Notes under the pieces: generated by a model | Seen by the model: only the letters and a program-made list of their open reading frames with translations | Databases searched by the model: none | Told to the model about the DNA's origin: nothing | Translations under genes and position numbers: made by a program | DNA from: Eledone cirrhosa | Taxonomy: Eukaryota | Assembly: GCA_964016885.1 (NCBI GenBank) | Contig: OZ024759.1 | Coordinates: 32,550,001 to 32,614,000 of the forward strand | Direction: 5' to 3' | Length of the DNA stretch: 64,000 bases | In this document: positions 11,249 to 25,001 of the stretch, piece by piece | How positions within the stretch are numbered: position 1 is the stretch's first letter | How the letters are laid out: each line of letters opens with the position of its first letter

Positions 11249-11438
11249 CGCACACATACATACATGTGTATATATATATATATATGCTTACATATACATA
11301 CATACACACATAAATATGCATACAAATACATGCACATGCGTACATACATGTATTTATGTGTGTGAATATATGCGTATATATATATATATATTTGTGTGTA
11401 TGTATATATATATATGTGTGTGTGTGTTTGAGTATGTT

Positions 11439-11473
<35 letters not shown>

Positions 11474-12084
11474 AAGTGTAATGAATTCTTTTACAATGGA
11501 ATTAGCTCGAAGAAAGAAATATTTCTGAGCCGTGTATAAACTAATATATATGATGAAACACAGATACCAACACATCTGTATTTATATTGCAAAAGAAAAT
11601 TTATATATATGTGTATGTATATGTTTATATATACGTGTGTGTGTGTCTGTCTAAGTATGTATATATATATGTGTATATGTGTGTGTATGTTTTTATATAT
11701 ATATATATGTGTGTGTTTGTGTATGTTTATATATATTTATATATATATGTTTGTGTATATACATATATATATATATATATACGTGTGTGTGTATGTAAGT
11801 ATATGTATATATATATATGTGTGTGTGTGTGTGTAAGTATATATATATATGTGTGTGTGTGTAAGTATATATATATATATATATGTTTGTGTAAGTATAT
11901 ATATATGTTTGTGTGTGTGTGTGTAAGTATATATATATATGTGTGTGTGTAGCTCAGTGCAGTGAACAGTTCCAGAAAGATGATCCCTGAATCTGGTGAT
12001 CTTTCATTTCCGATTCTTCCCCACTGAAATTTCCAGAACTAAATTGGCTTCCTTCCTAATCTAAACCACTTCCATCTTCAAAAC

Positions 12085-13110
12085 CACTCCTCCTCTCTCT
12101 ATAACATCTCTATATCATCTACTCTCACTACTCCCCTCTCTATAACATCTCTATATCATCTACTCTCACTACTCCCCTCTCTATAACATCTCTATATCAT
12201 CTACTCTCACCACTCCCCTCTCTATAACATCTCTATATCATCTACTCTCACCACTCCCCTCTCTATAACATCTCTATATCATCTACTCTCACCACTCCCC
12301 TCTCTATAACATCTCTATATCATCTACTCTCACCACTCCTCTCTCTATAACATCTCTATATCATCTACTCTCACCACTCCCCTCTCTATAACATCTCTAT
12401 ATCATCTACTCTCACCACTCCCCTCTCTATAACATCTCTATATCATCTACTCTCACCACTCCCCTCTCTATAACATTTCTATATCATCTACTCTCACCAC
12501 TCCCCTCTCTATAACATCTCTATATCATCTACTCTCACCACTCCCCTCTCTATAACATCTCTATATCATCTACTCTCACCACTCCCCTCTCTATAACATC
12601 TCTATATCATCTACTCTCACCACTCCCCTCTCTATAACATTTCTATATCATCTACTCTCACCACTCCCCTCTCTATAACATCTCTATATCATCTACTCTC
12701 ACCACTCCCCTCTTTATAACATCTCTATATCATCTACTCTCACCACTCCCCTCTCTGTATTATCACCGTCACCTACTCCCACCATTCCTCTTTCTTTAAC
12801 ACCTTTATATCACCTACTCTCACCACCACCCCTCTCTCTATAACATCTATATATCACCTACTCTCACCACCCCTCTCTCTATAACATCTATATATCACCT
12901 ACTCTCACCATCCCCCTCACTATAACATATATATATTACCTACTCTCACCATCACTCTCTCTGTAACATCTATACATCACCTACTCTCACCACTCCCCCT
13001 CTCTCTCTGTAACATCTATATATCACCTTCACTCACCACCCCTCTCTCTATAACATCTATATATCACCTACTCTCACCACCCCTCTCTCTATAACATCTC
13101 TATATCAGAT
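12085..13110. repeat. 41 bp pyrimidine-rich minisatellite
   Basis: Unit CTACTCTCACCACTCCCCTCTCTATAACATCTCTATATCAT; homogeneous to ~12757, diverged beyond. Confidence 0.95.
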
Positions 13111-13377
13111 ACCCACCACCACCACCACCCTATTCCTCTCCCTTCCTATATTGTACAGTCTGAGGTTTGTATTGTCTGACAGTTGACCAATGAAGGTTTG
13201 AGTAAGTCTTCTTCTCTACTGCGTCTCCCGTCAGTTTGTTCCCAAAATAAATAGAAAGATGGCTAGATTGATTGATATATTTCTTTATTTGCCACAAGGG
13301 CGAGTTTCTACTTTTGGCACAAGGCCAGCGATTACCTCAGTATACCACTGGTACTTTATTTTATTAACCTCGTAACA

Positions 13378-13930
13378 TTGACCTCCTGGAAACTGTTCAG
13401 AGACGTGCAACCAAGCGAATACCCTCCATTAGGCATCTACCATACTCTGAACATCTTGCTTCTCTGGACATGGATACATTGAAGCTCCGACGTCTGGCAA
13501 CTGACTTGGTAAACACCCACGACATTATTAACCATCTTTCCAACAACAACCCTGAGCATCTTTTTGATCTCCATGTGTCTAACACCTGAGGACATGCTTA
13601 CAAAGTCAGAAAACAGCACAGCTCCCATGACTTTCGGAAACATTTTTTCACACTCAGAGTTGCTGAAGCATGGAACAAACTACCTGCAGCAGTTGTTAGC
13701 TGCTGGGACACCGCATCCTTTAAAACCTCCATGCTTCCTGAAATTAGCCAACACTACACCTGATATCCCCCCTCCATACACATGCATACATGTATTTCAT
13801 GACTTGTACACTGCTCATTTTTCCTGATATTTGTACATTATTTTATGTACTATACATGCACCTTTGATGAGATGTAGTGCACCTGAACACTGTACACAAT
13901 AATTTCATTATTATTATTATTATTATTATA
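13378..13930 (+). mobile_element. CR1-clade LINE 3' fragment with (TTA)n tail
   Basis: Manual translation DLLETVQRRATKRIP...LKLRRL...GHAYKV...FFTLRVAEAWNKLP. Confidence 0.85.
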
Positions 13931-14339
13931 TAACTCTCTACTGAGGTTTGTACCACCTGAGAGTTGATCAATGAAAGTTCAAGCAGGTCTTTCTCTATTA
14001 CATCTCCTCTACATTGATTCCCACAATAGTAGCTTGTGTATAACTTCCTGCTTACTTCTCCAGCAATGTCCTGTAAACTAACAGCTGTCTTAAAAACTGG
14101 AAACCATGTGGGTGTGGCTGATGACACCTTAGGTAGTATTGATGTAAGGGCAGTCAACCAGGGAAAAGTTTCAACTGGAAAACCATAAGGAACGTCAATA
14201 AAAGGCTTTAGTTTGTCTATCGGCCTCTTTTATCACACTAATGACCGATATGAAATATTTATGTTGTTGTGGTGATTATCATAGCAACAACAACAACAGT
14301 ATCAGCCACTCAGACATGTCAATACAGGTCACTTTAAAA

Positions 14340-14407
<68 letters not shown>

Positions 14408-14502
14408 GAAAAGGGGGTAAAGTTCCATACAAATCAAAGATTATAAGTGGAAAAGCACAGAAATATATTATTTGTGTGTGTGAATGTATGTAATATGTGT
14501 AT

Positions 14503-14637
<135 letters not shown>

Positions 14638-14851
14638 TGAAGGCGTGTGGCTGAGTGGTTAGGGAATTGGATTCGCAATCGTAAGGTTGTGAGTTCGATT
14701 CCTGGACCAGGTGATGCGTTATGTCCTTGAGCAAGACACTTTATTTCACGTTGCTCCTTCTACCTGGAGTTGCGACCAATAGATAGTATTAGCAATTGGA
14801 AAGACCAACGGAAACATTGTTCCCTCGGTCCGATTTGACAAAAGTCGATCG
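14638..14851 (+). mobile_element. tRNA-derived SINE family 2
   Basis: A box TGGCTGAGTGGTT, B box GAGTTCGATTCC; other copies 2541-2759 and 18994-19203. Confidence 0.9.
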
Positions 14852-15258
14852 TCTCCTAAAAATATATATATATAGATGTATGTGTGTGTGTATATACATA
14901 TATAGAGATATTATATATGTAGATGTATGTGTGTGCATATATATTATATATGTAGATGTATATGTGTGTGTATATATATATATATGTTGTGTATGTATAT
15001 GTGCGTGTATATATATATATATATATGTTGATGTGTATGTATATATGTGTGTATGTATGTATGTATATATATATATATATATAGTATTAATTATACTATT
15101 TATGGTTATGTAAATACAAAAACCTTTTTCAGTTATATATGTAATGTCTACTGCCACTCTAAATGCTGTAATGAATGTTGACCCACAATATTTGCATATG
15201 TATCTGTATGTCTCTTGGGTGAAAAGGAGGTCATATAACTGTCCATTCATTAATAAAT

Positions 15259-15305
15259 TGCTCCGAAGAATCCAAACCTCGGTTTGGAGGAAACAGTTGT
15301 AAGCA
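15259..15305 (+). ncRNA. type I hammerhead with U4C core
   Basis: TGCT-CCGAAGA-A-TCCAAACC-TC-GGTTTGGA-G-GAAAC-AGTT-GTA^AGCA. Confidence 0.7.
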
Positions 15306-15343
15306 CAAAAATGTTTTGAACAGTTCTTTGATTCTTATATTTC

Positions 15344-15430
<87 letters not shown>

Positions 15431-15470
15431 GATATTAAATAAATGGAAACTATATTTATAAAACCATATT

Positions 15471-15531
15471 TATTTTATTATATATATTTCAAGGGTAACC
15501 AAGACAACATTGGTACGCTTTCATCAGATAA
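15471..15531 (-). ncRNA. type I hammerhead, family C (fold-back unit ~15428-15690)
   Basis: TTAT-CTGATGA-AAGCGTACCAA..TTGGTTACCCTT-GAAA-TATATATA^ATAA. Confidence 0.8.
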
Positions 15532-15944
15532 TATATATAAGAAAATAAATATGGTTTTATAAATATAGTTTCCATTTATTTAATATCATTGAATATTTAC
15601 TCCAGTAATTCTGTTGAGTGCTCTAAATCAGTTATAAACATTTATATTTGTCGATCCGACTTCCAACAAATTAAATACCACTTCACATCTCTTCAGTCTA
15701 CACATGTCCTGTATAGTCACAGCCCATGTTTCACTACCGTGCAACATCGCACTTCACATGCAGTCATCATTTAGTCATCCTTTTGTATGTAGGGAGAAAA
15801 TACATAAATATTGTATATTGGAATTATAAAATATTCAAACATCTTTATAGTTTTAAAATATCACAGGGAAGGAAAATCTGGCAGATTAGTGGCGACATCT
15901 ATTGGGAAGAGACTCAATTAAATTTAATAAAATGTCAAATGTTT

Positions 15945-16890
15945 TAGTAGCAGTTGCAGTGGTGATGGTGGCGGCAGTGGTGGTAGTAATAATAGTGATA
16001 GTGGTTGTGGTTGTGGTAGTAGTAGTAGTGGTGGTGGTTGGGGTAGTGGTGGTGGTGTTAGTAGTAGTAGTGGTGTTGGTGGTGGTATTAGTAGTAGTTG
16101 TAGTGGTGGTGGTAGCAGTGGTAGTAGTAATAGTGGTTGTGGTAGTAGTAGTAGTAGTGGTGGTGGTTGGGGTAGTGGTGGTGGTTGGGGTAGTGGTGGT
16201 GGTGTTAGTAGTAGTAGTGGTGTTGGTGGTGGTGGTAGCAGTGGTAGTAGTAATAATAGTGATAGTGGTTGTGGTTGTGGTAGTAGTAGTAGTAGTGGTG
16301 GTGGTTGGGGTAGTGGTGGTGGTGTTAGTAGTAGTAGTGGTGTTGGTGGTGGTATTAGTAGTAGTTGTAGTGGTGGTAGCAGTGGTAGTAGTAATAGTGA
16401 TAGTGGTTGTGGTTGTGGTAGTAGTAGTAGTGGTGGTGGTTGGGGTAGTGGTGGTGGTGTTAGTAGTAGTGGTGGTGGTGTTAGTAGTGGTGTTGGTGGT
16501 GGTATTAGTAGTAGTTGTAGTGGTGGTGGTAGCAGTGGTAGCAGTGGTAGTAGTAATAATAGTGATAGTGGTTGTGGTTGTGGTAGTAGTAGTAGTGGTG
16601 GTGGTTGGGGTAGTGGTGGTGTTGGTGGTGGTATTAGTAGTAGTTGTAGTGGTGGTGGTAGTAGTGGTAGTAGTAATAATAGTGGTTGTGGTAGTAGTAG
16701 TAGTAGTAGTAGTGGTGGTGTTAGTAGTAGTAGTGGTGTTGGTGGTGGTATTAGTAGTAGTTGTAGTGGTGGTGGTAGCAGTGGTAGTAGTAATAATAGT
16801 GATAGTGGTTGTGGTAGTAGTAGTAGTAGTGGTGGTGTTAGTAGTAGTGGTGTTGGTGGTGGTATTAGTAGCAGCAGTAGTAGCAGCAAT
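15945..16890. repeat. compound GTA/GTG/GTT trinucleotide tract
   Basis: Directly visible; the poly-Val and poly-Leu ORFs are artefacts. Confidence 0.95.
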
Positions 16891-16973
16891 AGTAAAATTA
16901 TGCTGGAAGCTTTTTAAATGAATATAAACATTTTAACACTTTTGTGATCATATTTCTAATGAAAGTTACTGTG

Positions 16974-17176
16974 GGCAGTGGATTGGCAGTATCGGTAGAG
17001 GGTCGGACGTCATGCTTTGACGCATAGAGTTACGGCCCTTTCCATTCTGAGTTCAAATCCCGCCAAGGTCAACATTGCCTTTCCTCGTTACGGGGGTCGA
17101 TAAAATAAAGTACCAGTAATACACTGGGGTAAGTAGTAATATACTGGCCTTGTGCCAAAAGTAGAAACAATTATTA
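16974..17176 (+). mobile_element. tRNA-derived SINE family 3
   Basis: TGGCAGTATCGG A box, GAGTTCAAATCCC B box, GGGGTCGATAAAATAAAGTACCAG body, GGCCTTGTGCCAAAAGTAGAAAC tail. Confidence 0.85.
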
Positions 17177-17383
17177 TATTTTCACAGTAAAGGTCTTACC
17201 TCACATAATTATCTTACATAATATCTCGTATATCTCACATAATATCAAATCTATGAGATACTGATATTATTTATTTTGAGAACAATACCTTAACATCAGT
17301 ATGAGTGGCCCGGTTACAGTCAGTTTAAACAGAGAAATGTGAGAGAATTCTGGCCGAATATGGCCGGTTTAAATGCTAAAGGG
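17177..17383. mobile_element. partial piggyBac-type MITE
   Basis: Ends AATGCTAAAGGG|TTAA. Confidence 0.75.
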
Positions 17384-17744
17384 TTAAGCCGTCTGTATGT
17401 AGATTAGCAACTGCATACTTCCAACTTGTTAAGTCTGTATATGTCACTGCTTCCCCATTACTGCAAGACTTTGAAGAGATATCTGTACAAGATCAAAGCA
17501 GTATGTGTTTGTGCTTCACACATGCTGCTCTCTAAGTATCAACAGCCAGAATCCGATGACTAGCAGATGCAAGATGATCAGTAGCTGTATCAACTGCAGG
17601 TTTTTTCAGATAGATAAATAAATAAGATAAAGTGAAATAAAAAAAAAGAATTATTTAAAAGTTTAAAAGTTTAAAAAATTCTCTTTTTTTTAAAACTTAT
17701 ATATATGAAGCGAAGAAAACATTTCTTTCGCGAGGTAGATGCAT

Positions 17745-18372
17745 ACACACATACACACATGTAAACAATCCCACATACACACATGTAAACAATCCCACAT
17801 ACACACATGTAAGCAATCCAGCATACACACATGTAAACAATCCCACATATACACATGTAAACAATCCCACATACACACATGTAAACAATCCCACATACAT
17901 ACATGTAAACAATCCCACATACATACATGTAAACAATCCCACATACACACATGTAAACAATCCCACATACACACATGTAAACAATCCCACATACACACAT
18001 GTAAACAATCCCACATACATACATGTAAACAATCCCACATACATACATGTAAACAATCCCATATACATACATGTAAACAATCCCACATACATACATGTAA
18101 ACAATCCAGCATACATACATGTAAACAATCCCACATATACACATGTAAACAATCCCACATACACACATGTAACAATCCCACATACACACATGTAAACAAT
18201 CCCACATACATACATGCAAACAATCCCACATACACACATGCAAACAATCCCAAATACACACATGCAAACAATCCCACATACACACATACCCACATACACA
18301 CATGCAAACAATCCCACATACATACATGTAAACAATCCCACATACACACATGTAAACAATCCCACACGCACA
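17745..18372. repeat. 24 bp minisatellite, ~26 copies
   Basis: Unit ACATACACACATGTAAACAATCCC. Confidence 0.95.
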
Positions 18373-18435
18373 TGTTAAAAGTTTACAGAGTTAAAAGGTA
18401 ATAGATTAAAAACCCCAAAAAGTAGTCACACACAA

Positions 18436-18920
18436 TCATCATCATCACTGTTTAACGTCCATTTTCCATCATCATCATCATCACCGTTTTATGTCCGTTC
18501 TTCCACGCTAACATGGGTTAGACGGGTTGTCCTGTTGTGGGCAGTGTCTGGTCGGCTGACCTTGTCTTGCTCATACAGGAACTGATTTGGCTTGATTTCT
18601 ACAGTTGGATGCCCTTCCTAACACCAACCTCATTTACAGTGAGTGATGGGTGCTTTTTTTCCGTGGCACCTCCACGACCATTTTACAGTGTGGGCTGGGT
18701 GCTTTTTTTGCCGTGGCACCTCCACAACCACTTTGCAGTGGGAGGGTGTGGGGGCATATTGTCTATATGCTTCAGCTTCGGTTTGTACCCGTGGGAAGTC
18801 GGGTCTTCTGTATTACTGCTTGACGCCAGAGGTCACGGTCGTGTGTCATCGCCTTTGAGAGGTGCAATTGGGTAAGGTCGGCTTTTATCACCTCATCCCA
18901 GGTCTTCTTGGGTCTCCTCA
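18436..18920 (-). mobile_element. RTE LINE 3' end
   Basis: RRPKKTWDEVIKADLTQLHLSK plus 3' UTR homologous to 3522-3830. Confidence 0.85.
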
Positions 18921-18993
18921 CAATATATACATATATATATACAACATATACATATATATATACAGTGTATACATATATATATATATACACACA

Positions 18994-19203
18994 TGAAGGC
19001 ATGTGGCTGATTGGTTAGAGAACTGGATTCCCAATCGTGAGGTTGTCAGTTCGATTCCTGGGCAATGCGTTATGTCCTTGAGCAAGACACTTTATTTCAT
19101 GTTGCTCCTTCTACCTGGAGTTGCGACCGATAGATAGTATTAGCAACTGGAAAGACCAATAGAAACATTGTTTCCTCGGTCCGATTTAACAAAAGTCGAT
19201 CGA
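18994..19203 (+). mobile_element. SINE family 2
   Basis: Homologous to 14638-14851. Confidence 0.85.
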
Positions 19204-19414
19204 CAATATATACACACACTAAAATGGTTGTTGACTTTCGTGAGTTCCTTCGCCCTTTGACAGGTTTTGTATTACATCTGGCAACATGTCCAAGATCACC
19301 CTCCTCACCAAGGAAGCTTGGTGGGGTTGCTGCTTTAGTCACCGACGACCTGGCCACGCAAGAAGTTGTATTAGGTTGCATGTTACCACTAGCGCTCAAG
19401 AATAACCTGACTAT

Positions 19415-19790
19415 ACATGCATGCATATACATACATACATGTATGCACATATAAATGCATGAATGCTCAAATACATACATGCATATATATATATATATAC
19501 ATAAATACATACATACATGTATGCACATATAAATGCATGAATGCTCAAATACATACATGCATATATATATATATATATATATACACAAATACATACATAC
19601 ATGTATACACATATAAATGCATGAATGCTCAAATACATACATGCATATATATATATATATATATACATAAATACATACATACATGTATGCACATATAAAT
19701 GCATGAATGCTCAAATACATACATGCATATATATACATATATATATATATATATACATAAATACATACATACATGTATGCACATATAAAT
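19415..19790. repeat. tandem ~60-65 bp units with variable (TA)n
   Basis: ATAAATGCATGAATGCTCAAATACATACATGC recurs. Confidence 0.85.
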
Positions 19791-20031
19791 ATATGTGCGC
19801 ACATACACATATACATGCACATATACACACACACACATGCACAGATAGTGGAAGAGTATCCAGCCATAGAAACGAAGCCAGAACCAGATCTGTATGAGCA
19901 AAACAGTGTCATCTGGTCATCAGTCTCACAATGGGACAACTTGTCTAACCCATGCTAGCATGGAAAAATGGATATTAAACAGTGATGTTGATAATGATAC
20001 ATACATATATACAAATCAGATATGCATCCAC

Positions 20032-20064
<33 letters not shown>

Positions 20065-20348
20065 TATATATATATATAAATTAATAAAAACAAAGAAACA
20101 GTTCCTTATATTAAAAAATTCATCATGTTACGATCGTTTCTAGGATATATATGTGTGTGTTGGAATGTATATTATATAGATCTATGTAAAATTTTTACAA
20201 ACTATCAGATGAATATACATACCTACACATATATATGCTGTCTTCAGAAATATATATATAGGTAAGTTATTCCGGGTTGAATCGGAGGTAACCACAGTAA
20301 GTAAGGTACTCAATACATAGCAGAGTATAAAAGTTTTAATATAGATGA

Positions 20349-20475
20349 GATTCTACAGGACTAGAACTGTTTCATTCTTTAGAAATCATCAGGACTAGAA
20401 CTGTTTCATTCTTTAGAAATCATCAGGAATCCTGATGATTTCTAAAGAATGAAACAGTTCTAGTCCTGTAGAATC
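20349..20475. ncRNA. family A hammerhead cluster: duplicated core on minus plus inverted core on plus
   Basis: Three CTGATGATTTCTAAAGAATGAAACAG cores; stem I GATTC/GAATC. Confidence 0.8.
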
Positions 20476-20544
20476 TCATCTATATATATATATATATATA
20501 TACAATATATTAACAAATGGAAACTATATTTATAAAACCATATT

Positions 20545-20610
20545 TATTTTATTATACATATTTGAAGGGCCACCAAAGCTGATTATGGTGCGCTTTCATC
20601 AGATAAAATA
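20545..20610 (-). ncRNA. family C hammerhead, probably inactive (GAAA>CAAA)
   Basis: TATTTTAT-CTGATGA-AAGCGCACCA..TGGTGGCCCTT-CAAA-TATGTATA. Confidence 0.65.
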
Positions 20611-20682
20611 TAATATAGATTAGTTTTATAAATAAATATTGACATACCCTGAAAAAATTCAACCTTCACGGTTGGAGTCTCC

Positions 20683-20781
<99 letters not shown>

Positions 20782-21083
20782 GGGCAGCTTGCATTGTCTA
20801 CATATTTTAATTATGTCATCCCCCCTACCCCACTCATAATTTAATGTAGTGTTGTTCCTGAAATAACACCAAGTAGCCATCCTCTATGTGGTCATTGGAA
20901 CTGCTAGAAGTAGCAGCCAACGTTCTTTTTTATCTTGTCTTTTTCTTTTTCCTTGCTTTATTACGCGGTTTCCTAACGTCTACTAATTTGTAAATAGTGG
21001 CTTTGTCGTTAACACTGTACGTGTGTGTTTGTGTATGATTCTATATATATATATGTGTGTGTGTGTGTGTTATGATTCTCTCC

Positions 21084-21117
<34 letters not shown>

Positions 21118-21876
21118 GTGTGTGTGGTTGTGTGTGTGTTTTTATGGTTGCGTATATATTCGGTTGTCACTGCGTGTGTAGTTGTCATTACGTGTTTTTT
21201 TTGTATGTTTCTGTACATATATATGTGTATGTTTATATACATACATGTATGTATGTATGTATGTATGTATGTATGTATGTATGTATGTATGTATGTATGT
21301 ATGTATGTATGTATGTATGTATGTGCGTTTGTGATTCTGTCTGCATGTGTACGTAGTTGTCACTGTACGTGTGTGTTTGTGTATGTATGTTTCTGTGTAT
21401 ATATATATATATGTGTGTGTGTGTTTGTGTATGTTTCTGTGTATATATATATATATGTGTGTGTGTGTATGTTTATGTTTGGATATATATGCGGTTGTCA
21501 TTGTGCCTATATGCGTATGCGGTTGTCTCAGTGCGTGTGTGTATGTTTGTGTACATATGTGAGTGTTTTCATGTTTGCGTGTATATGTGGTTGTCATTGT
21601 GTAGTTGTCACTGTACGTGTGTTTGTGTATGTTTCTGTAGATATGTGTGGGTGTGTGTTTATATTTGCGGTTGTCAATGTGTCTGTGTATATTTGCCTAT
21701 GTATGTGGTTGTCATTGTATATGTTCGTATGTATGTGTATGGTTTTCATTTTATATGTTTGTATGCGAGTGCTGTTATCTATGTATGTATGTATGTATGT
21801 ATGTATGTATGTATGTATGTATGTATGTATGTATGTATGTATGTGTTTGTATGTATGTATGTATGTATGTATGTAT

Positions 21877-22463
21877 GTGGTAACATGTATCCCAGTACAA
21901 CCTGTCTCATGGTCGGGTCGTTGGCGACTAAACTGGCAACCCCACCAAGGTTTCTTGGTGAGGAGGGTGACTTTGGACATCCTGCAGGACTAAAAACAAA
22001 ACCTGTCAAAGGACAAAGGAGCTCTTAAGAGTCAATGGCCATCCAAAATCACCGGGAGAGATGACCCCTTAGCCTTTGTCAAGGCAGAATTCTAGGAGAA
22101 GGAAAACTCTGATATAACACCTGCAACCCTGATGGTATCCAATGATGTTGACTTGTTCTTCTTTTTGGTAAATATCATCTTGGTTAAGAGAGTGGGACTG
22201 GCTTTGTGCAGTGCCTTTGCTCACTATAAAAGCTTCACGGCACAGGCATTGCTTTATATCTGGAGATCTCTCTGCACTTGTCGTCACATGGTACCATGGG
22301 CCCAGCACTATGTGTCAATAATTGTCACAGGTGTAGTGTTTGTACCAGAGTTTTCAAGTCGCTGGCTAGACTAAAAAGTCACACTTGTTCAGCGCATCGG
22401 TAGGGGTTCTCCTACATGGATATAAAGTAGTGGCCGTACTCGAAAACGAGTTGGCAGCCACCA
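21877..22463 (+). mobile_element. second copy of ~580 bp dispersed repeat
   Basis: Near-identical to 751-1330. Confidence 0.75.
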
Positions 22464-22811
22464 TGTGGTTGTCAACGTGTGTGGGTTAATAAATAAAAAT
22501 GCACTTTTACGCTTGTACTTGTATGTCTATATATGATAGATATCTTTCTTTATTTGCCCCAGGAGTGTACAAGAAACGAGACATTACAAGACGTGACGGC
22601 AGGGGTTTTTACATAAATATTGTGTAAAGTTTAACATTAATAAATCAAAATAAACTATATATTAAAATAAAATAACAATCGAAATCCCTCAATAGGGAGA
22701 AACGTTACTGCGGGGTTGTTTTAGACCCCATAGATAGATAGAATAACCCGGAGCACGTTTTGTAGGTGTTCCCGTCTTCCCTCTGTTTGTCTTCCTCAAC
22801 CTATAGATAGG

Positions 22812-22857
<46 letters not shown>

Positions 22858-23282
22858 TGTTTCTTTATTAGCCACAGGGGCACAAAAGAAGGGGACAAAT
22901 ACAAAGGGGGAAGTTTACATACAATAAAAACGTGTAAAATATTATCACAAATGCAATTTAAAAATTAATCGATTTCCCCAATAGGGGGAGACAGTTCATA
23001 TGGGTAACACATACCCCCGAAAATAAATGTGCAACCCTCATCTTCAGGAGTTACGAAGAGTTTATACCCCTTTCCTCTCTTCCACTTTTCCCTCAGCCTA
23101 CAGGCTGATATAGAGAGAAGGCCCATTCACTCGGGCCATTCTCGCCACTTTCACCCACCTTTCATAAAACTTGCTGGGGTCAGTCACCTCTCTCTCCATC
23201 CTGATTCTTCTTCCAAAGTGGTATTTGAAAAAAAGAATCAGTTGTTGGCCGGAGAGAAAGGTGTCTGACCTCAGCCCTTTAA
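22858..23282 (-). mobile_element. L1/Tx1-like LINE 3' end
   Basis: ORF end ...FKYHFGRRIRMERE...KFYERWVKVARMARV, then UTR ending CCCCTGTGGCTAATAAAGAAA into (TATC)n; clade assignment is tentative. Confidence 0.55.
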
Positions 23283-24022
23283 AGATAGATAGATCGATTT
23301 CTTTATTTGCCACAAGGTCGCACAAGAAAATGGGACAATACAAAGATAGATAGATAGGTAGGTAGATAGACCAAAAGAGAAATAAAGGAAGCGGTGAAAG
23401 AGGGAGGAGGTAATGTATGTTTTAATAAACAATATATATATATAATCACGTATTTACATAAATACAAACATATACATATATATACACACTCACACACACA
23501 CTCACACACATATATATGTGTAGCCTACACACACACACATGTAGAACATGAAGAAGAAATGCAATAACGATGTCTCGAAGACATCATTATTATCATTAGC
23601 TTTGTCTTTCATAAAATAAAGTACCAGTAATGCATTGGAGTGTGTTTAATTCGACTTTCCCCCTCACCAAAACATTGCTGGCCTTGTGCCTCTAGTAGAA
23701 ACATATATATATATATATATATATATGCAGAGGTTATATTTAATTTGTTGGGATTCAACAAGCTTAAACATTTTTTTTTTAAATGGAACAGTTCTAGTCC
23801 TGTAGAAAACATTTTTATATTAAATTTGATATATATTTATTTATGTATGTATGTATGTATATATATATATATATATGTGTGTGTGTACTAAATATATATA
23901 TATATATATATTTATTTCTATACTTTAATTTATATATATATACTTAGTATACACACACACATATATATATATACATGCATACATACATACATAAATATAT
24001 ATCAAATTTAATATAGAAATGT

Positions 24023-24069
24023 TTTCTACAGGACTAGAACTGTTCCATTCGAAGGAAATCATCAGGAAA
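24023..24069 (-). ncRNA. family A hammerhead variant (GGAA in place of GAAA)
   Basis: TTTC-CTGATGA-TTTCCTTCGAAT-GGAACAG-TTCTAGTC-CTGTA^GAAA. Confidence 0.6.
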
Positions 24070-24856
24070 GCCTGATGTGGTTACCCCCCGATTGAACCCA
24101 AATATTACATAAATATATATATGTTTATATGTGCATGGATGCATATATAAACATATATATACACACATACATACATGCAATGCGTGTTTATGTATGTGTA
24201 TATACATATATGTATGTATGCATACATATGTGTATATACATGTGTGTGTATTTATCTATATATGTGTATGTACATATATGTATATGTGAATGTAAATATA
24301 TATATATATATAGGTATGTATATATATGTATGTATGTGTATGTAAATATATATATATATGTGTATTTACATATGTATATATGTATGTGTATGTACATATA
24401 TGTATGTATGTATATATGTATATATGTGTATGTACATATATGTATGTATGTATGTATATATGTATGTGTATGTACATATTGTATGTATGTATGTATGTGT
24501 ATGTACATATGTGTGTATGATTGTATATATGTATGTGTATGTACATACATATATGTATGATTGTATATATGTATGTGTATGTACATACATATATGTATGA
24601 TTGTATATATGTATGTGTATGTACATACATATATGTATGATTGTATATATGTATGTGTATGTACATACATATATGTATGATTGTATATATGTATGTGTAT
24701 GTACATACATATATGTATGTGTATATATGTATGTATGTATGTGTATATATATATATATATGTATATGTATGTATGTATGTGTATATGTGTGTGTGTGTGT
24801 GTACAAATATGTATTATAGTGCCAACATTTTGGTAAGAAATGTCTAATATATTTAC

Positions 24857-25001
24857 CTCCACAGTTGATTGTCGTGTGTTGTGGTCGAAGTCTCTCCGTA
24901 TTCGTTCGTTCTTCTAATGCCGTGGAATCGTTAGTTTGACAATTTCCGTCCATGTTATTATTCCTTCCTTTCGCCGATTCTGGTGTGACTCGGTTCGACA
25001 T
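24857..25001 (-). CDS. candidate first coding exon of an unidentified host gene
   Basis: Non-repetitive island; ATG start, open MSNRVTPESAKGRNNN...HTTINCG, ends at donor GAG|GTAAAT (phase 1). Confidence 0.45.

Noticed and set aside
17671-18401. Cys/His-rich repeat ORFs resembling zinc fingers
   Set aside because: 24 bp minisatellite open in several frames on both strands; no C2H2 spacing
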